Of a stretch of DNA of 32,000 bases, positions 1 through 9,616 are shown piece after piece. How positions within the stretch are numbered: the first letter of the stretch is position 1; each line of letters opens with the position of its first letter. The position numbers and the translations under genes were made by a program. The notes under the pieces were generated by a model that made no database searches, was not told the DNA's origin, and was given only the letters and a program-made list of their open reading frames with translations. The DNA lies in NCBI RefSeq assembly GCF_000284115.1, contig NC_017080.1, forward strand, positions 3,330,001-3,362,000. Direction: 5' to 3'. The stretch is from Phycisphaera mikurensis NBRC 102666 (GTDB lineage Bacteria > Planctomycetota > Phycisphaerae > Phycisphaerales > Phycisphaeraceae).

Positions 1-2504
1 TCTTCCGGCCGGACCTCCTGCTGGACTACCTGCGGCACTTCATCCTGTTCGAGGGCGAAGAAGACGTCGTGAAGAAGATCGCTGGATACCACCAGTTCCA
101 CGGGGTGCGGGCGGCGGTGGAGGCGACGGTGGTCGCCGCGGACCGCGGCGTGGAAACGGCTCCGGGCGACGCGGTCCGCGAGCGGCCGGCGGCGGACTGG
201 GGGCGGCGGGTGCCGCGGGGCAGCGGGAAGGCGGGCGTCTTCTGGCACACGCAGGGCTCGGGCAAAAGCATTTCCATGGCCATGTACGCGGGCAAGCTGA
301 TGCAGCAGCCGGCGATGAACAACCCGACCCTGGTGGTGGTCACCGACCGCCTTGACCTCGACGGGCAGCTGTTCGCGCAGTTCGCGGCGGCGAAGTCGCT
401 GCTGGGCGAGAAGCCCGACCAGGCGGAGAGCCGGGAGCAGCTGCGCGACTACCTCGACGGCCGGGCCAGCGGCGGGATCGTGTTCACGACGGTGCAAAAG
501 TTCGCGCCGCTGGACGGGGAGGAGGCGCACCCGGTGCTGAGCGGGCGGAGCAACGTCGTCGTGATCAGCGACGAGGCGCACCGCAGCCAGTACGGGATCA
601 AGCCGACGCTGGACAGGAAGACCGGGCGGTACGTCTACGGCTACGCCAAGCACCTCCGCGATGCCCTTTCGGGGGCGTCGTTCATCGGGTTCACGGGGAC
701 GCCGATCAGCAGCGAGGACCGCGACACCCGCGGCGTGTTCGGCGAGTACGTGAGCGTCTACGACATCGCCGACGCCGTGGAGGACGGGGCGACGGTGCAG
801 ATCTACTACGAGAGCCGGCGGGCGAAGCTGGACCTGAACGACGCGGAGATCGAGACGCTCAACCAACAGGTGGACGAGGTCGTCGAGGACGAGGAGACCG
901 AGGACCGGGAGCGGACCAAGGGCCACTGGGCGCAGCTGGCGAAGCTGGTGGGGGCGCGGCCGCGGCTGGAGGCGATCGCGGACGACCTGCTGGCGCACTT
1001 CGACCAGCGGAAGGAGGCGATGGCGTCGCAGGTCGGGCCCGACGGCGGGAAGGCGATGATCGTCACGATGAGCCGGGACATCTGCGTCGCGCTCTTCGAC
1101 GAGATCGTCCGCCGGCGGCCGGAGATGGCGGGCAGCCGGAAGGACGACGGCACGTGGAACCCCGAGGACGGGTCGATCCGCGTGGTGATGACCGGCACGG
1201 CGACCGATCGGGTTGAGCTGCGGCACCACCAGCACGGCAAGGCCCAGCGCGAGCGGCTGGCCAAGCGGTTCAAGGACCCGGCCGACCCGCTGGAGCTGGT
1301 GATCGTGCGGGACATGTGGCTGACCGGCTTCGACGCGCCGTGCTGCCACACGATGTATGTGGACAAGCCGATGCGGGGGCATGCGCTGATGCAGGCGATC
1401 GCCCGGGTGAACCGGGTGTTCCGCGAGAAGGCGGGCGGGCTGGTGGTCGACTACATCGGGATCGCCAACGAGCTGAAGCAGGCGCTCAAGACGTACACGG
1501 AGAGCAAGGGGCGTGGCCAGCCGACGGTGCGGGCGGAGGACGGGCTTCGCATCCTGAAGGAGAAGGTGGGCGTTCTGCGGGACATGATGCGGGAGAACGG
1601 CGGCTTCGCGTACGCGGGCTTCGAGACGCAGCCGTTGGAGCTGCTGCCGGGGGTGACGAACCACCTCCTCGGGCTCGACGACGGCAAGCGGCGCTTCCTG
1701 GACGTGATGGCCTCGGTGCTGAAGGCGTTCAGCCTGTGCGCCACGCTGGACGAGGCGGCGGCGCTGCGGACGGAGATCGCGTTCTTCTCGGCCGTCCGCG
1801 GCGTGCTCGCCAAGCACGGGCAGGAAGAGCCGAAGCGTGGCGGCGCGGACAAGAGCGCATCGCTCAAGCTGATCCTGGACAACGCGGTGGTGAGCGAGGG
1901 CGTGGACGACATCTTCGCGATGGCGGGGCTGGAGCGGCCGGACATCGGGCTGCTGAGCGAGGGGTTCCTCGAGGACGTGCGGCGGATGCCGGCGAAGAAC
2001 CTCGCGGTCGAGCTGCTGGAGCGGCTGATCCGCGACGAGATCCGCGGGCGGTCGCGGAACAACGTCGTGCGTGAGAGCCGGTACGGCGAGCGGCTGGCCG
2101 AGACGCTGCGGCGGTACAACAACCGGGCGATCGAGTCGGGGGCGGTGGTGGAGGAGCTGATCGCGATGGCGAGGGACTTCGCCGAGGCGGTGCGGCGTGA
2201 CGAGGACCTGGGGCTGTCGCCAGACGAGATCGCGTTCTACGAGGCGCTCGCGGAGCGGCCGGAGGTGCTCCGGGAGATGGGAGACGAGACGCTCAAGGCG
2301 CTGGCGGTGGAGCTGACGGCGAAGCTGCGGGCGAGCACGACGGTGGACTGGCGGGTGCGCGAGAGCGTGCGGGCACGGATGCGGCTGCTGATCAAGCGCC
2401 TGCTGCGGAAGCACCGGTACCCGCCGGCGGGCCAAGAGCGGGCGGTGGACGTGGTGATCGCGCAGGCGGAGCGGCTGAGCGAGGGCTGGTCCGCGGCGGG
2501 GTGA
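1..2504 (+). CDS. hsdR: Type I restriction-modification enzyme R (restriction/translocase) subunit, 5' end upstream of window
   Basis: The frame is open from nt 3 ([33 protein letters not shown]), so the GTG at 69 is not the true start. SF2 helicase motifs are present: WHTQGSGKS (motif I), [11 protein letters not shown] (DEAH, motif II), FIGFTGTP (motif III), [12 protein letters not shown] and QAIARVNR (late motifs). A helical C-terminal domain follows. Stop TGA at 2502-2504. Confidence 0.92.
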   Translation, partial: FRPDLLLDYLRHFILFEGEEDVVKKIAGYHQFHGVRAAVEATVVAADRGVETAPGDAVRERPAADWGRRVPRGSGKAGVFWHTQGSGKSISMAMYAGKLMQQPAMNNPTLVVVTDRLDLDGQLFAQFAAAKSLLGEKPDQAESREQLRDYLDGRASGGIVFTTVQKFAPLDGEEAHPVLSGRSNVVVISDEAHRSQYGIKPTLDRKTGRYVYGYAKHLRDALSGASFIGFTGTPISSEDRDTRGVFGEYVSVYDIADAVEDGATVQIYYESRRAKLDLNDAEIETLNQQVDEVVEDEETEDRERTKGHWAQLAKLVGARPRLEAIADDLLAHFDQRKEAMASQVGPDGGKAMIVTMSRDICVALFDEIVRRRPEMAGSRKDDGTWNPEDGSIRVVMTGTATDRVELRHHQHGKAQRERLAKRFKDPADPLELVIVRDMWLTGFDAPCCHTMYVDKPMRGHALMQAIARVNRVFREKAGGLVVDYIGIANELKQALKTYTESKGRGQPTVRAEDGLRILKEKVGVLRDMMRENGGFAYAGFETQPLELLPGVTNHLLGLDDGKRRFLDVMASVLKAFSLCATLDEAAALRTEIAFFSAVRGVLAKHGQEEPKRGGADKSASLKLILDNAVVSEGVDDIFAMAGLERPDIGLLSEGFLEDVRRMPAKNLAVELLERLIRDEIRGRSRNNVVRESRYGERLAETLRRYNNRAIESGAVVEELIAMARDFAEAVRRDEDLGLSPDEIAFYEALAERPEVLREMGDETLKALAVELTAKLRASTTVDWRVRESVRARMRLLIKRLLRKHRYPPAGQERAVDVVIAQAERLSEGWSAAG

Positions 2505-2509
2505 CGAGG

Positions 2510-2553
2510 GCTCGGCACGCGGGGCAGCGTGGCCGGCTTCCGCCGTGTGCCGA
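2510..2553. terminator. Imperfect hairpin between convergent hsdR and sulfatase genes (possible bidirectional terminator)
   Basis: ctcggcacgcgg (2510-2521) pairs with ccgtgtgccgag (2542-2553): 11 Watson-Crick pairs plus one G-U, with a 20-nt loop. It starts 6 nt after the hsdR stop. There is no U-tract. Confidence 0.3.
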
Positions 2554-2592
2554 GGCTTCCACGTTGCGTAGGAGCTCGGGGCACGCTGCGGT

Positions 2593-4041
2593 TCAGCCGA
2601 TCCACATGGTGTCGCGGAGGGCTTGGCCGAGGTGCTCGGTGGGGCCGAGGCCGGCGCGGTCGAGGGCGCGGAGCTGGGCGGGCGTGGGGCGTTCGCGCCG
2701 CTCGTTGACGAGTGTTCCGTCCCGCAGGTGCGGGTGGTGCTCGGCGGCGAGGTGCTCGACGAAGAGGCCGCGCATCCGGTCGAGCGGCTCCCCGTGCAGC
2801 GGGTGCTCGTCGTGCGGGTCGGCGGCGGTGTCGAAGCAGAGCTCGCGGCCGTCGGCGGCGGACCAGAGGTACTTGAAGCGGCCGTCGTGGAGCATGTGCC
2901 GCTCGTCGAGCTGGCCGTGCAGGAGGTGGGGTTCCCGCGCCTCGCCGCGGAGGCTGGGCATCAGCGAGCGGCCGGTGACGCCGGCGGGCGTGCCGGCGCC
3001 GGCGGCCTCGCAGAGCGTCGGGAGCACGTCGGCCCACTCGACCAGGTCGTCGCAGACGCGGCCGGGCTCGAGCCCCCAGGATGCCGGCGGCCGCACGATC
3101 AGCGGGACCTTCGCGGAAGCCTCCAGGAAGCACCGCTTCGAGAACATGCCGGCGTCGCCGAGCATCTCGCCGTGGTCGGAGCTGTAGATGACCAGCGTGT
3201 CGTCCCACGCCCCGAGCATCTGCAGCTGGGCGATGAGCCGGCCGAGCTGGTGGTCGAGGTTGGTGACCATGCCCAGGTACACGCTGCGGATCCGGTGGAT
3301 CTCCTCGGGCGTGAAGGGCTTCTTGTTCCAGCCGACGCGTTCGGTGTAGTTGGTCAGCGGCTCGCCGTCGGTGCCGATCCAGCCCGGGACGACCGGCTCG
3401 CCGAGGTCGGCGTCGTCGTACATCGAGAAGTAGGGCTCGTGGATGACCATCGGCGGGTGCGGGTCCTGCACCGAGATCCACAGGCCAAAGGGCGTGCCCT
3501 CTTCGCGGGTCTCCAGGAACCGACAGCCCTGCTCGACGCACCAGTTGGTGGTGTGCAGGTGCGGCGGAAAGGCGGAGGGGGCGGGGTCGAACTCGTTGTA
3601 GCCCAGGCCGGCCTGCATGCCCGGGCGGCCGTCGCTGTACGCGAATTGGGCGCGGCGGAGGCCGGCCATCCAGGTGACGTGCTCGAAGCCGCCGCGGTCG
3701 CTGGGGGGCAGGAACCAGTGGGTCTTGCCGACGAGCTCGGTCTGGTAGCCGGCGGCGGTGAGCCGCGAGCCGAGCAGGTCCTCGCGGGGGACGGGCATCC
3801 GGAAGCCGGTGGAGTAGCTGCAGCAGCCGAGCTCGTGGGCGCGGCGGCCGCTGATCAGAGCGGACCGGGCCGGGATGCAGACGGGGCAGTCGACGTAGGC
3901 GTTGGAGAAGCGGACGCCCTCATAGGCGAGCCGGTCCAGGTGCGGCGTGCGCACCGCGGGGTGGCCGGCGCAGGCCATGGCGTCGGCGCGGTGCTGGTCG
4001 CTGGTGATGAGCAGGACGTTGGGGCGCTCGCGGTCGCTCAT
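2593..4041 (-). CDS. Formylglycine-type sulfatase (arylsulfatase family), no obvious signal peptide
   Basis: N-terminus is MSDRERPNVLLITSDQHRAD. The C-x-P-x-R FGly motif is in CPVCIPARSALISGRR. Further family motifs are GKTHW and LVIYSSDHGEMLGD. ATG at 4041. Confidence 0.85.
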   Translation of the reverse strand: MSDRERPNVLLITSDQHRADAMACAGHPAVRTPHLDRLAYEGVRFSNAYVDCPVCIPARSALISGRRAHELGCCSYSTGFRMPVPREDLLGSRLTAAGYQTELVGKTHWFLPPSDRGGFEHVTWMAGLRRAQFAYSDGRPGMQAGLGYNEFDPAPSAFPPHLHTTNWCVEQGCRFLETREEGTPFGLWISVQDPHPPMVIHEPYFSMYDDADLGEPVVPGWIGTDGEPLTNYTERVGWNKKPFTPEEIHRIRSVYLGMVTNLDHQLGRLIAQLQMLGAWDDTLVIYSSDHGEMLGDAGMFSKRCFLEASAKVPLIVRPPASWGLEPGRVCDDLVEWADVLPTLCEAAGAGTPAGVTGRSLMPSLRGEAREPHLLHGQLDERHMLHDGRFKYLWSAADGRELCFDTAADPHDEHPLHGEPLDRMRGLFVEHLAAEHHPHLRDGTLVNERRERPTPAQLRALDRAGLGPTEHLGQALRDTMWIG

Positions 4042-4108
4042 GGCGGGAAACTACCGAGACGGGACCCGGGGCGTCCACCCGCCTCCGCCTACTCGCGGGG
4101 CGGGTGGA

Positions 4109-6031
4109 TCACGCCGATTGCGTCGCCCGCAGCGTCTGATCGAAGGTGCTCACGGTGTGGGCGACCAGGCCGTACACGACCACGCCGTAGACCCCGGCGG
4201 CGAGCGTCGCGGCGGCGAGCAGCACGATGCGGCCGAGAGAAGGGTCGGCGGGGAAACCGGCGGCGAGGCCGTAGGGGTTCACGAGCATCGGCACGCCGGT
4301 GGCGGGGGAGAGCGCGTTGAGCATGGGGCCCAAGAGAGGCACGCGGCCGGCGACCGGGGCGCCGCACAGGCCGGTCACCAGCACGACCGGGGCGATGACG
4401 CCGAGGGTGGCGGTGACGGCGGAGAGCACGCCGCGCGAGCGCAGGCTCCAGGCCATCCCGACGGCGACGCAGAGCGCGACGAAGGGCACGAGCACCAGGG
4501 CGAGCAGGAGCGCCGCCTCGGGCAGGACGACCCAGGCCGGGGTCACCATCGCGGCGGCGCCCGAGCCGGAGACCTCCGCGACCCAGCGGTGGGGGTAGCC
4601 GCCGGCGTCGCGCGCGAGCCAGGCCACCAGGGCGTACCCGCCCGCGAGCCCCAGCGTGCCGACGGGCGCCGCGAGCAGCACCGCGAGGAAGCGGACCAGG
4701 CCGCGGAGCTTGCCCCACACGTAGTCGGCCGGCGTGATGGGGGTAGTGAGCAGCACGTCCAGCGTGCCGTCCTCACGCTCGCGCGACACGGCGCCGGCGG
4801 AGAGGTAGACGGCGACCAGCGACACCACGGCGACCTGCGCGAGCAGCAGCACGGACAAGGCGGCATGCAGCGTGCGGACCTGCTCGTCGGCGACGCCCGC
4901 CAGCGCCGCCCCGCCGGCGGGTGGCGGCAGCTCGGGCAGCACGCGGCCGTGGTAGGCGAGCAGCAGCCCGGCCGCGGCGGCGAGCGAGCCCAGCGTGAAG
5001 CCCCAGCGGGCCAGGATCCCCAAGGCCATCTTGCCGCGCGTGTTCGCTTCGGCCCAGGCCACGGGGTTGCCGGTGACCTCGCGGGCGGGCCGGTCGCGGC
5101 TTCCCCGGCCCAGCCGCAGCGCCCGCCCGAGCGGGCCGGACAGCCGCGTCGTGAGCCCGCCGAGGCCCTGGCCGAGCCGGCGGACGAGCACCGCGGAGGC
5201 GAGCACGAGGCACGCGGCGAGCCCGAGGGTCCACGCGAGGTACGCCTGCAGCGGCTCGGTGAGGAACCACCGCGCAAGCCCCGGCAGCCCCGCCACCGCG
5301 GCCGCCGGCGGCGGGCGGTAGCCCTCGCCGAGCACGCGGCTCTCCAGGACCAGCAGCGGGTGCAGCCCCGTAAGCCAGGTCGTGTACGGCGTGGGATTCA
5401 GCGGCCGCAGCAGCAGCCGGTCGAGGGCGTAGCCGCCGGCGAGCAGCGCCGCGACCGCGACGACGAAGCCGTAGACCGCGGCCCGCCCCCCGACCCGGGC
5501 CACCGACAGCGACACGGCGACGGCTCCAACCAGCGTGGCCGTGGCCGCCGCGACCGCGAAGGACTCCGCCACCGCCGCGGGCCGGACGCCGCCGAACAGC
5601 GGCAGCACCGCGACCAGCGGGAGCCACGCGGTCAGCAGCGCGAAGACGAAGAACAGCCGGCCCAGGAGCGAGCCGAGCACCACCTGAAGGTTCGACAGCG
5701 GCGTGGTGAGCAGCACGTCCCAGGTGCGGCCCTGCCGCTCGCTCGCGATCGCGCCGGCCATGAACAGCGGCGCGAGCAGGCACACGCCGAGCACCTGCGC
5801 GTACGCCAGCAGGGCGAACAGCCGCGTGCCCGCCGCGGCGAGGCTCGCCAGCTCCACGCCCGGCTCGAGCACCCCGGCGTACAGCAGCGACCCGACGGTG
5901 AGCGTGACCCCCACCAGCAGCACGCCCATCCGCACCGCGAGGTGATCCGCCCGCCGGCCGGCCCCGCCGACGATCCGCCGAGCCACCGGGTTGTCCCAGA
6001 GCCAGGACGCGACGATCCGGTAGAGCAGCAC
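4109..6031 (-). CDS. Polytopic membrane protein, internally duplicated ABC-2-type transporter permease
   Basis: 640 aa with many hydrophobic helices. The ABC-2-permease-like motif occurs twice: ERQGRTWDVLLTTPLS in the N-half and EREDGTLDVLLTTPIT in the C-half. GTG start at 6031. No ATPase gene is adjacent. Confidence 0.65.
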   Translation of the reverse strand: MLLYRIVASWLWDNPVARRIVGGAGRRADHLAVRMGVLLVGVTLTVGSLLYAGVLEPGVELASLAAAGTRLFALLAYAQVLGVCLLAPLFMAGAIASERQGRTWDVLLTTPLSNLQVVLGSLLGRLFFVFALLTAWLPLVAVLPLFGGVRPAAVAESFAVAAATATLVGAVAVSLSVARVGGRAAVYGFVVAVAALLAGGYALDRLLLRPLNPTPYTTWLTGLHPLLVLESRVLGEGYRPPPAAAVAGLPGLARWFLTEPLQAYLAWTLGLAACLVLASAVLVRRLGQGLGGLTTRLSGPLGRALRLGRGSRDRPAREVTGNPVAWAEANTRGKMALGILARWGFTLGSLAAAAGLLLAYHGRVLPELPPPAGGAALAGVADEQVRTLHAALSVLLLAQVAVVSLVAVYLSAGAVSREREDGTLDVLLTTPITPADYVWGKLRGLVRFLAVLLAAPVGTLGLAGGYALVAWLARDAGGYPHRWVAEVSGSGAAAMVTPAWVVLPEAALLLALVLVPFVALCVAVGMAWSLRSRGVLSAVTATLGVIAPVVLVTGLCGAPVAGRVPLLGPMLNALSPATGVPMLVNPYGLAAGFPADPSLGRIVLLAAATLAAGVYGVVVYGLVAHTVSTFDQTLRATQSA

Positions 6032-6199
6032 GGGCCGAGGTTACGGGGGGCTCCGGCTCCCGCGGACGGCACGGGGAGCGGGCCGCCGGCAGGGGAGCGT
6101 CGCGGAACCAACGCCGGGGCCGGGCGCTCGGCCGCCCCCGCGGCCGCCCTCCCTGCCGGGTGCCCCCGGCGGCCGGCCCGCCCCCCTTACGCTCCACCG

Positions 6200-6715
6200 A
6201 TGACCGCCGTCGACTGGGTCCGCCGGATGCACGCCCACAAGCGTTGGGCGAACCGCCGGCTGCTCGAGGCCGTGGAAGACCTGCCGGAGAAGGATCGGCA
6301 CCGCTCCTTCGGGATCGGCCACGGCTCGGCGTGGGCGACGGTCGTGCATCTCTGGGCGGTGGACGCGGCCTGGCTCGAGACGATCGGCGGCCGCGAGGAC
6401 GCTCCGGTGGTGAAGGCGGGCGCGGTCGGCTCGGTGGAGGCGCTGGAGGCGCTGTGGGACGTGGCCGACGAGCGGTGGGTCACGCTGCTCGCCGGGCTCG
6501 AACCCGAGGATCTGGACCGACCGGTTTGGCGGACCAGCGCCGCGACCGGCGGCCGCCGCCGCGGCATGCCGCTGCACGACGTGCTGATCCACGTGTGCAC
6601 GCACGCGCAGTACACCGGCTCGCAGTGCGTGAACATCCTGCGGCGGCTGCGGGTGGCGGAGCTGCCGCGGATCTCGATGACGACGCTGAGCCGGGCCGGC
6701 TTCGAGGGACGCTGA
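6200..6715 (+). CDS. DinB-family (four-helix bundle, metal-dependent) protein
   Basis: ATG at 6200 lies inside the spurious 922-aa ORF 3947..6715. Sequence MTAVDWVRRMHAHKRWANRRLLEAVEDLPEKD...VVHLWAVDAAWLE...LIHVCTHAQYTGSQ carries the DinB-like conserved His pattern. High third-position GC begins at 6200. Confidence 0.75.
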   Translation: MTAVDWVRRMHAHKRWANRRLLEAVEDLPEKDRHRSFGIGHGSAWATVVHLWAVDAAWLETIGGREDAPVVKAGAVGSVEALEALWDVADERWVTLLAGLEPEDLDRPVWRTSAATGGRRRGMPLHDVLIHVCTHAQYTGSQCVNILRRLRVAELPRISMTTLSRAGFEGR

Positions 6716-6736
6716 TGGGCGCGTCCGGCCGCCGGG

Positions 6737-8233
6737 TCAGGGCCTCCGCTGCACGGCGGCGGGAGCCGGCCGCTCGAGCAGGAGCCACAGGACGTTGTCG
6801 CTGAAGGCGGGGTCGCGCGTGAGGCCCAGGTGGTTGGTGTGCAGGAAGGTGACGCCGGCGTAGGCCAGCGGGCTTTGCAGGCGGGTCGTCCAGCCGGGTT
6901 CGCCCGGGGCGGGGCGCTCGTCGAGCAGGGCCGAGGCGCGGGTGACCGTGCCGTCGCCGGGGGCGTGGGCGTGGGGCTTGGCGCCGCCGCGGCCGGCCCG
7001 CATCGCCGACGCGGTCGCGACGGCGTCTCCGGCGACCAGGAAGATCTCGGTGCCCGCCGGCGGCGCGGCGGGCCGGTCCATCGCCGCCTGGAAGGCGCTC
7101 GCGCGGCGGAGCGCCTTCGCCTGGTGGTCCAGCGCGATCCGCCGACGCTCGGCCGGGTCGTCGACACCGGGCAGCAGCACCGCGAGCTGCCCGTCGGCGT
7201 CGGGGTCGGCGAGGCCCCAGCCGCGTGACACCCAAACCTCCGGCGACAGCGGGTCCAGGGCGGCCCCGTCCTCGTCGAGGAGGGAATCGTGCCGACCACG
7301 CGGCAGGAGCTGGTAGAGCGCGGGCATCGTCCCGAGGATCTGCGGCGCGTACGCCGGCAGGAAGGGCCCGAAGGTGGCGCCGTCGATGAGGTTGGTCAGC
7401 ACCTTCGCCGAGCCCGCGTTGGGCGTGCCGATCATCACCAGCTTCGACACCAGCGGGGCTCCCGACCACGGCACGGGCGCCGCGGGATCGGGTCCGGCCG
7501 CACCGCCCCCGTAGCGCAGCTGGTGGCGGGCGACCAGGCCGCCCATCGAGTGGGCGATGACGTCGAAGCGGACCGGATGGTCCTGGGGGGTGCCGCCGTA
7601 GCGGCGGGCCCGCTCGGCCTGCACCTCCGCCCGACGCTCGAGCATGAAGCGGTGGAGCAGCGCCGCGTTCTCGGCGTTGTCGCGTCGCCAGTCGTACGCG
7701 AACTGGAAGCAGGTGAAGTGGCCCTCCCCCCAGTCGAGCATTCCCATGGGCGTCGTGGCCGCCGCCCGGTCGGCCTCGCTGGCGTCCACCGGGGCCAGCC
7801 CGCTCGCCAGCGCCGGGTCGACGTAGCCGGCGGCGCCGAGCAGGCCGAGGATGTCCGCGTACGCCCGCTGCTGGAAAGGCAGGCCGAAGAGACTGATCCT
7901 CACGCGGTCCAGGGCACCGTTGGGCTTGACGCCGTCGACGAGGCCGGCCAGCGGCACCCCCGGCCGCATCGGCAGCGCGAGCAGCCGCGCTCCCCGGGGC
8001 TTCCTCGGGTTCTCGGAGCCGCCGCCGAAAGCTCCCCAGACCACCTCCCCCGCGGGTCCCGCGAGCTTGCTGCCGAGCACGCCGGGAATGACGATGACCG
8101 GGTTGCGCTCCGGCGCGTCGGTGCGGGCGGCGGGCCCGTAGATGTCGTCGAGCTTGGGCTGGTGCAGCGGGGCCGAGCAGGCGGAGGAAAGCATCACCGA
8201 GAGGAAGAGGCCGGCGACGAGGAGGTTCCGCAT
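6737..8233 (-). CDS. Secreted lipoprotein, LCAT/PGAP1-like alpha/beta-hydrolase (lipase/acyltransferase)
   Basis: The ATG at 8233 gives MRNLLVAGLFLSVMLSSAC, a lipobox-type signal. PVIVIPGVLGSKL is present, as is the nucleophile elbow VIAHSMGGLVARH (GxSxG). The ORF-track GTG at 8287 adds 18 codons of lower third-position GC and is probably not used. Confidence 0.7.
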   Translation of the reverse strand: MRNLLVAGLFLSVMLSSACSAPLHQPKLDDIYGPAARTDAPERNPVIVIPGVLGSKLAGPAGEVVWGAFGGGSENPRKPRGARLLALPMRPGVPLAGLVDGVKPNGALDRVRISLFGLPFQQRAYADILGLLGAAGYVDPALASGLAPVDASEADRAAATTPMGMLDWGEGHFTCFQFAYDWRRDNAENAALLHRFMLERRAEVQAERARRYGGTPQDHPVRFDVIAHSMGGLVARHQLRYGGGAAGPDPAAPVPWSGAPLVSKLVMIGTPNAGSAKVLTNLIDGATFGPFLPAYAPQILGTMPALYQLLPRGRHDSLLDEDGAALDPLSPEVWVSRGWGLADPDADGQLAVLLPGVDDPAERRRIALDHQAKALRRASAFQAAMDRPAAPPAGTEIFLVAGDAVATASAMRAGRGGAKPHAHAPGDGTVTRASALLDERPAPGEPGWTTRLQSPLAYAGVTFLHTNHLGLTRDPAFSDNVLWLLLERPAPAAVQRRP

Positions 8234-8303
8234 GGGGCGAGGGTAAGAGCGAGCGGAGAAGCGACGCCCCGGCGCCGCCGCGGGCACCCTTTACTGCAAC
8301 CCC

Positions 8304-9026
8304 TTGCCCCCCCTCCTCCACATCTCGGGCGTCACGAAGCGGTACCGGCAGGGGCGCGGCCGGTACGTGGACGCCCTGCGGGGCGTCGACCTGGAGGTGC
8401 CCCGCGGCGAGTTCCTCGCGATCATGGGCCCTTCGGGCTCGGGCAAGTCGACGCTGTTCAACCTCATCGGCGCACTGGACAAGCCCACCGCGGGCGAGGT
8501 GACGCTCGGCGGGTTGGCGCTCCCGCGGCTGCGGCCGCGGCAGCTTGCGTACGTGCGCTGCCGGCACATCGGCTACGTCTTCCAGGCGTACAACCTGGTG
8601 GCCTCGCTGTCGGCGCTCAAGAACGTGGCGCTGCCGGCGGTGTTCGGCGGAGCCGGCGTCGACGAGGCCGACGCGCTGGCGCGGGCCCAGCTCGACGCCG
8701 TCGGGCTGGGGCACCGGCTCGACCACCGCCCCGACCAGCTCTCCGGCGGGCAGCAGCAGCGGGTGGCGATCGCGCGGGCCCTCGTCAACGCCCCCGCCCT
8801 GCTGCTGGCGGACGAGCCGACGGCGAACCTCGACCACCGGACCGGGTCGGAGGTGATCGACCTCTTCCGCGAGCTCGGCGCGGCGCGGGGCATGACGGTC
8901 GTCACGACGACGCACGACCACCAGATGCTGCAGCGCAGCGACCGGGTCGTGTGGATCCGCGATGGGCAGAAGGTGCGCGAGGCGTCGTCGGCGGAGCTGG
9001 AGATCACGACCGGCGAGGTGGGCTGA
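8304..9026 (+). CDS. ABC transporter ATP-binding protein, LolD/MacB/FtsE-like
   Basis: TTG start at 8304. Walker A GPSGSGKST, signature LSGGQQQRVAIARAL, Walker B LLLADEPTANLD, H-loop TTTHD. No cognate permease gene is adjacent. Confidence 0.9.
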   Translation: MPPLLHISGVTKRYRQGRGRYVDALRGVDLEVPRGEFLAIMGPSGSGKSTLFNLIGALDKPTAGEVTLGGLALPRLRPRQLAYVRCRHIGYVFQAYNLVASLSALKNVALPAVFGGAGVDEADALARAQLDAVGLGHRLDHRPDQLSGGQQQRVAIARALVNAPALLLADEPTANLDHRTGSEVIDLFRELGAARGMTVVTTTHDHQMLQRSDRVVWIRDGQKVREASSAELEITTGEVG

Positions 9027-9034
9027 CCTCGGCG

Positions 9035-9082
9035 TCCGCGGACCGCCGGGCGGCGGGCCCGACGGGGGCGACGGTCCGCGGA
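9035..9082. repeat. REP-like palindromic hairpin, copy 1 (terminator-like, between convergent genes)
   Basis: tccgcggaccg (9035-9045) is the exact reverse complement of cggtccgcgga (9072-9082). The spacer is 26 nt. It begins 9 nt after the ABC ATPase stop and ends 11 nt before the response-regulator stop. Confidence 0.6.
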
Positions 9083-9092
9083 TTCCGCGGGT

Positions 9093-9506
9093 TCAGGCCG
9101 CGACCCCGGAAGCGGCCGGCGAGCCGAGCACCTCCTGAACGAGGGCGAGCATCTCGCGGCCGCTGAACGGCTTCCGCTTCACGGCGACGAGGCTCGGGCT
9201 GCCGAGGGCCTCCGGGGGCAGCGTGTGGCCGCGGCCGGTGAGCAGCACGACCGGGATCCCGTGCAGCGTCGGGTCGGCCTGCAGTTTGGCGACCAGGCCG
9301 GCGCCGTCGAGCACCGGCATGTTGAAGTCCGAGACGATCAGCGAGGGGTGCCGCTGGGTCGCGACGGCCAGGGCTTCGGCGCCGTTGCACGCGGTCGCGA
9401 CGGCGATGCCGGCGCCCTCCAGCTTGAGCGCCAGCAGCCGCAGGATGTGCGACTCGTCGTCGACCAGGAGCACGAGCGGCGGGGTTGCAGCGGGATCGGC
9501 CGGCAT
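9093..9506 (-). CDS. Stand-alone CheY-like receiver-domain response regulator (no output domain)
   Basis: MPADPAATPPLVLLVDDESHILRLL... has the acidic pair DD, the phospho-acceptor Asp in LIVSDFNMP, Thr in VVLLTG and Lys in RKPF. ATG at 9506 is preferred. The ORF-track TTG at 9620 adds 38 codons containing CTA, TTA and CCA with lower third-position GC. Confidence 0.8.
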   Translation of the reverse strand: MPADPAATPPLVLLVDDESHILRLLALKLEGAGIAVATACNGAEALAVATQRHPSLIVSDFNMPVLDGAGLVAKLQADPTLHGIPVVLLTGRGHTLPPEALGSPSLVAVKRKPFSGREMLALVQEVLGSPAASGVAA

Positions 9507-9616
9507 GCGGTCGGCATCGGCCCGTCGGCTTAAAGCCTTGAGCACGCGGTGCGGACGCCCCGGCGTCGCGCTTGGTAATAGCGTGGGCCGCCGCGGCCGG
9601 CCGGCCCGAGTGCCGC

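Noticed and set aside
1-2504. hsdR as the edge of a defence island extending into the window
   Set aside because: The genes downstream of hsdR are a convergent sulfatase and transport/housekeeping genes. A terminator-like hairpin follows the stop. Any hsdM/hsdS partners must lie upstream of the window.
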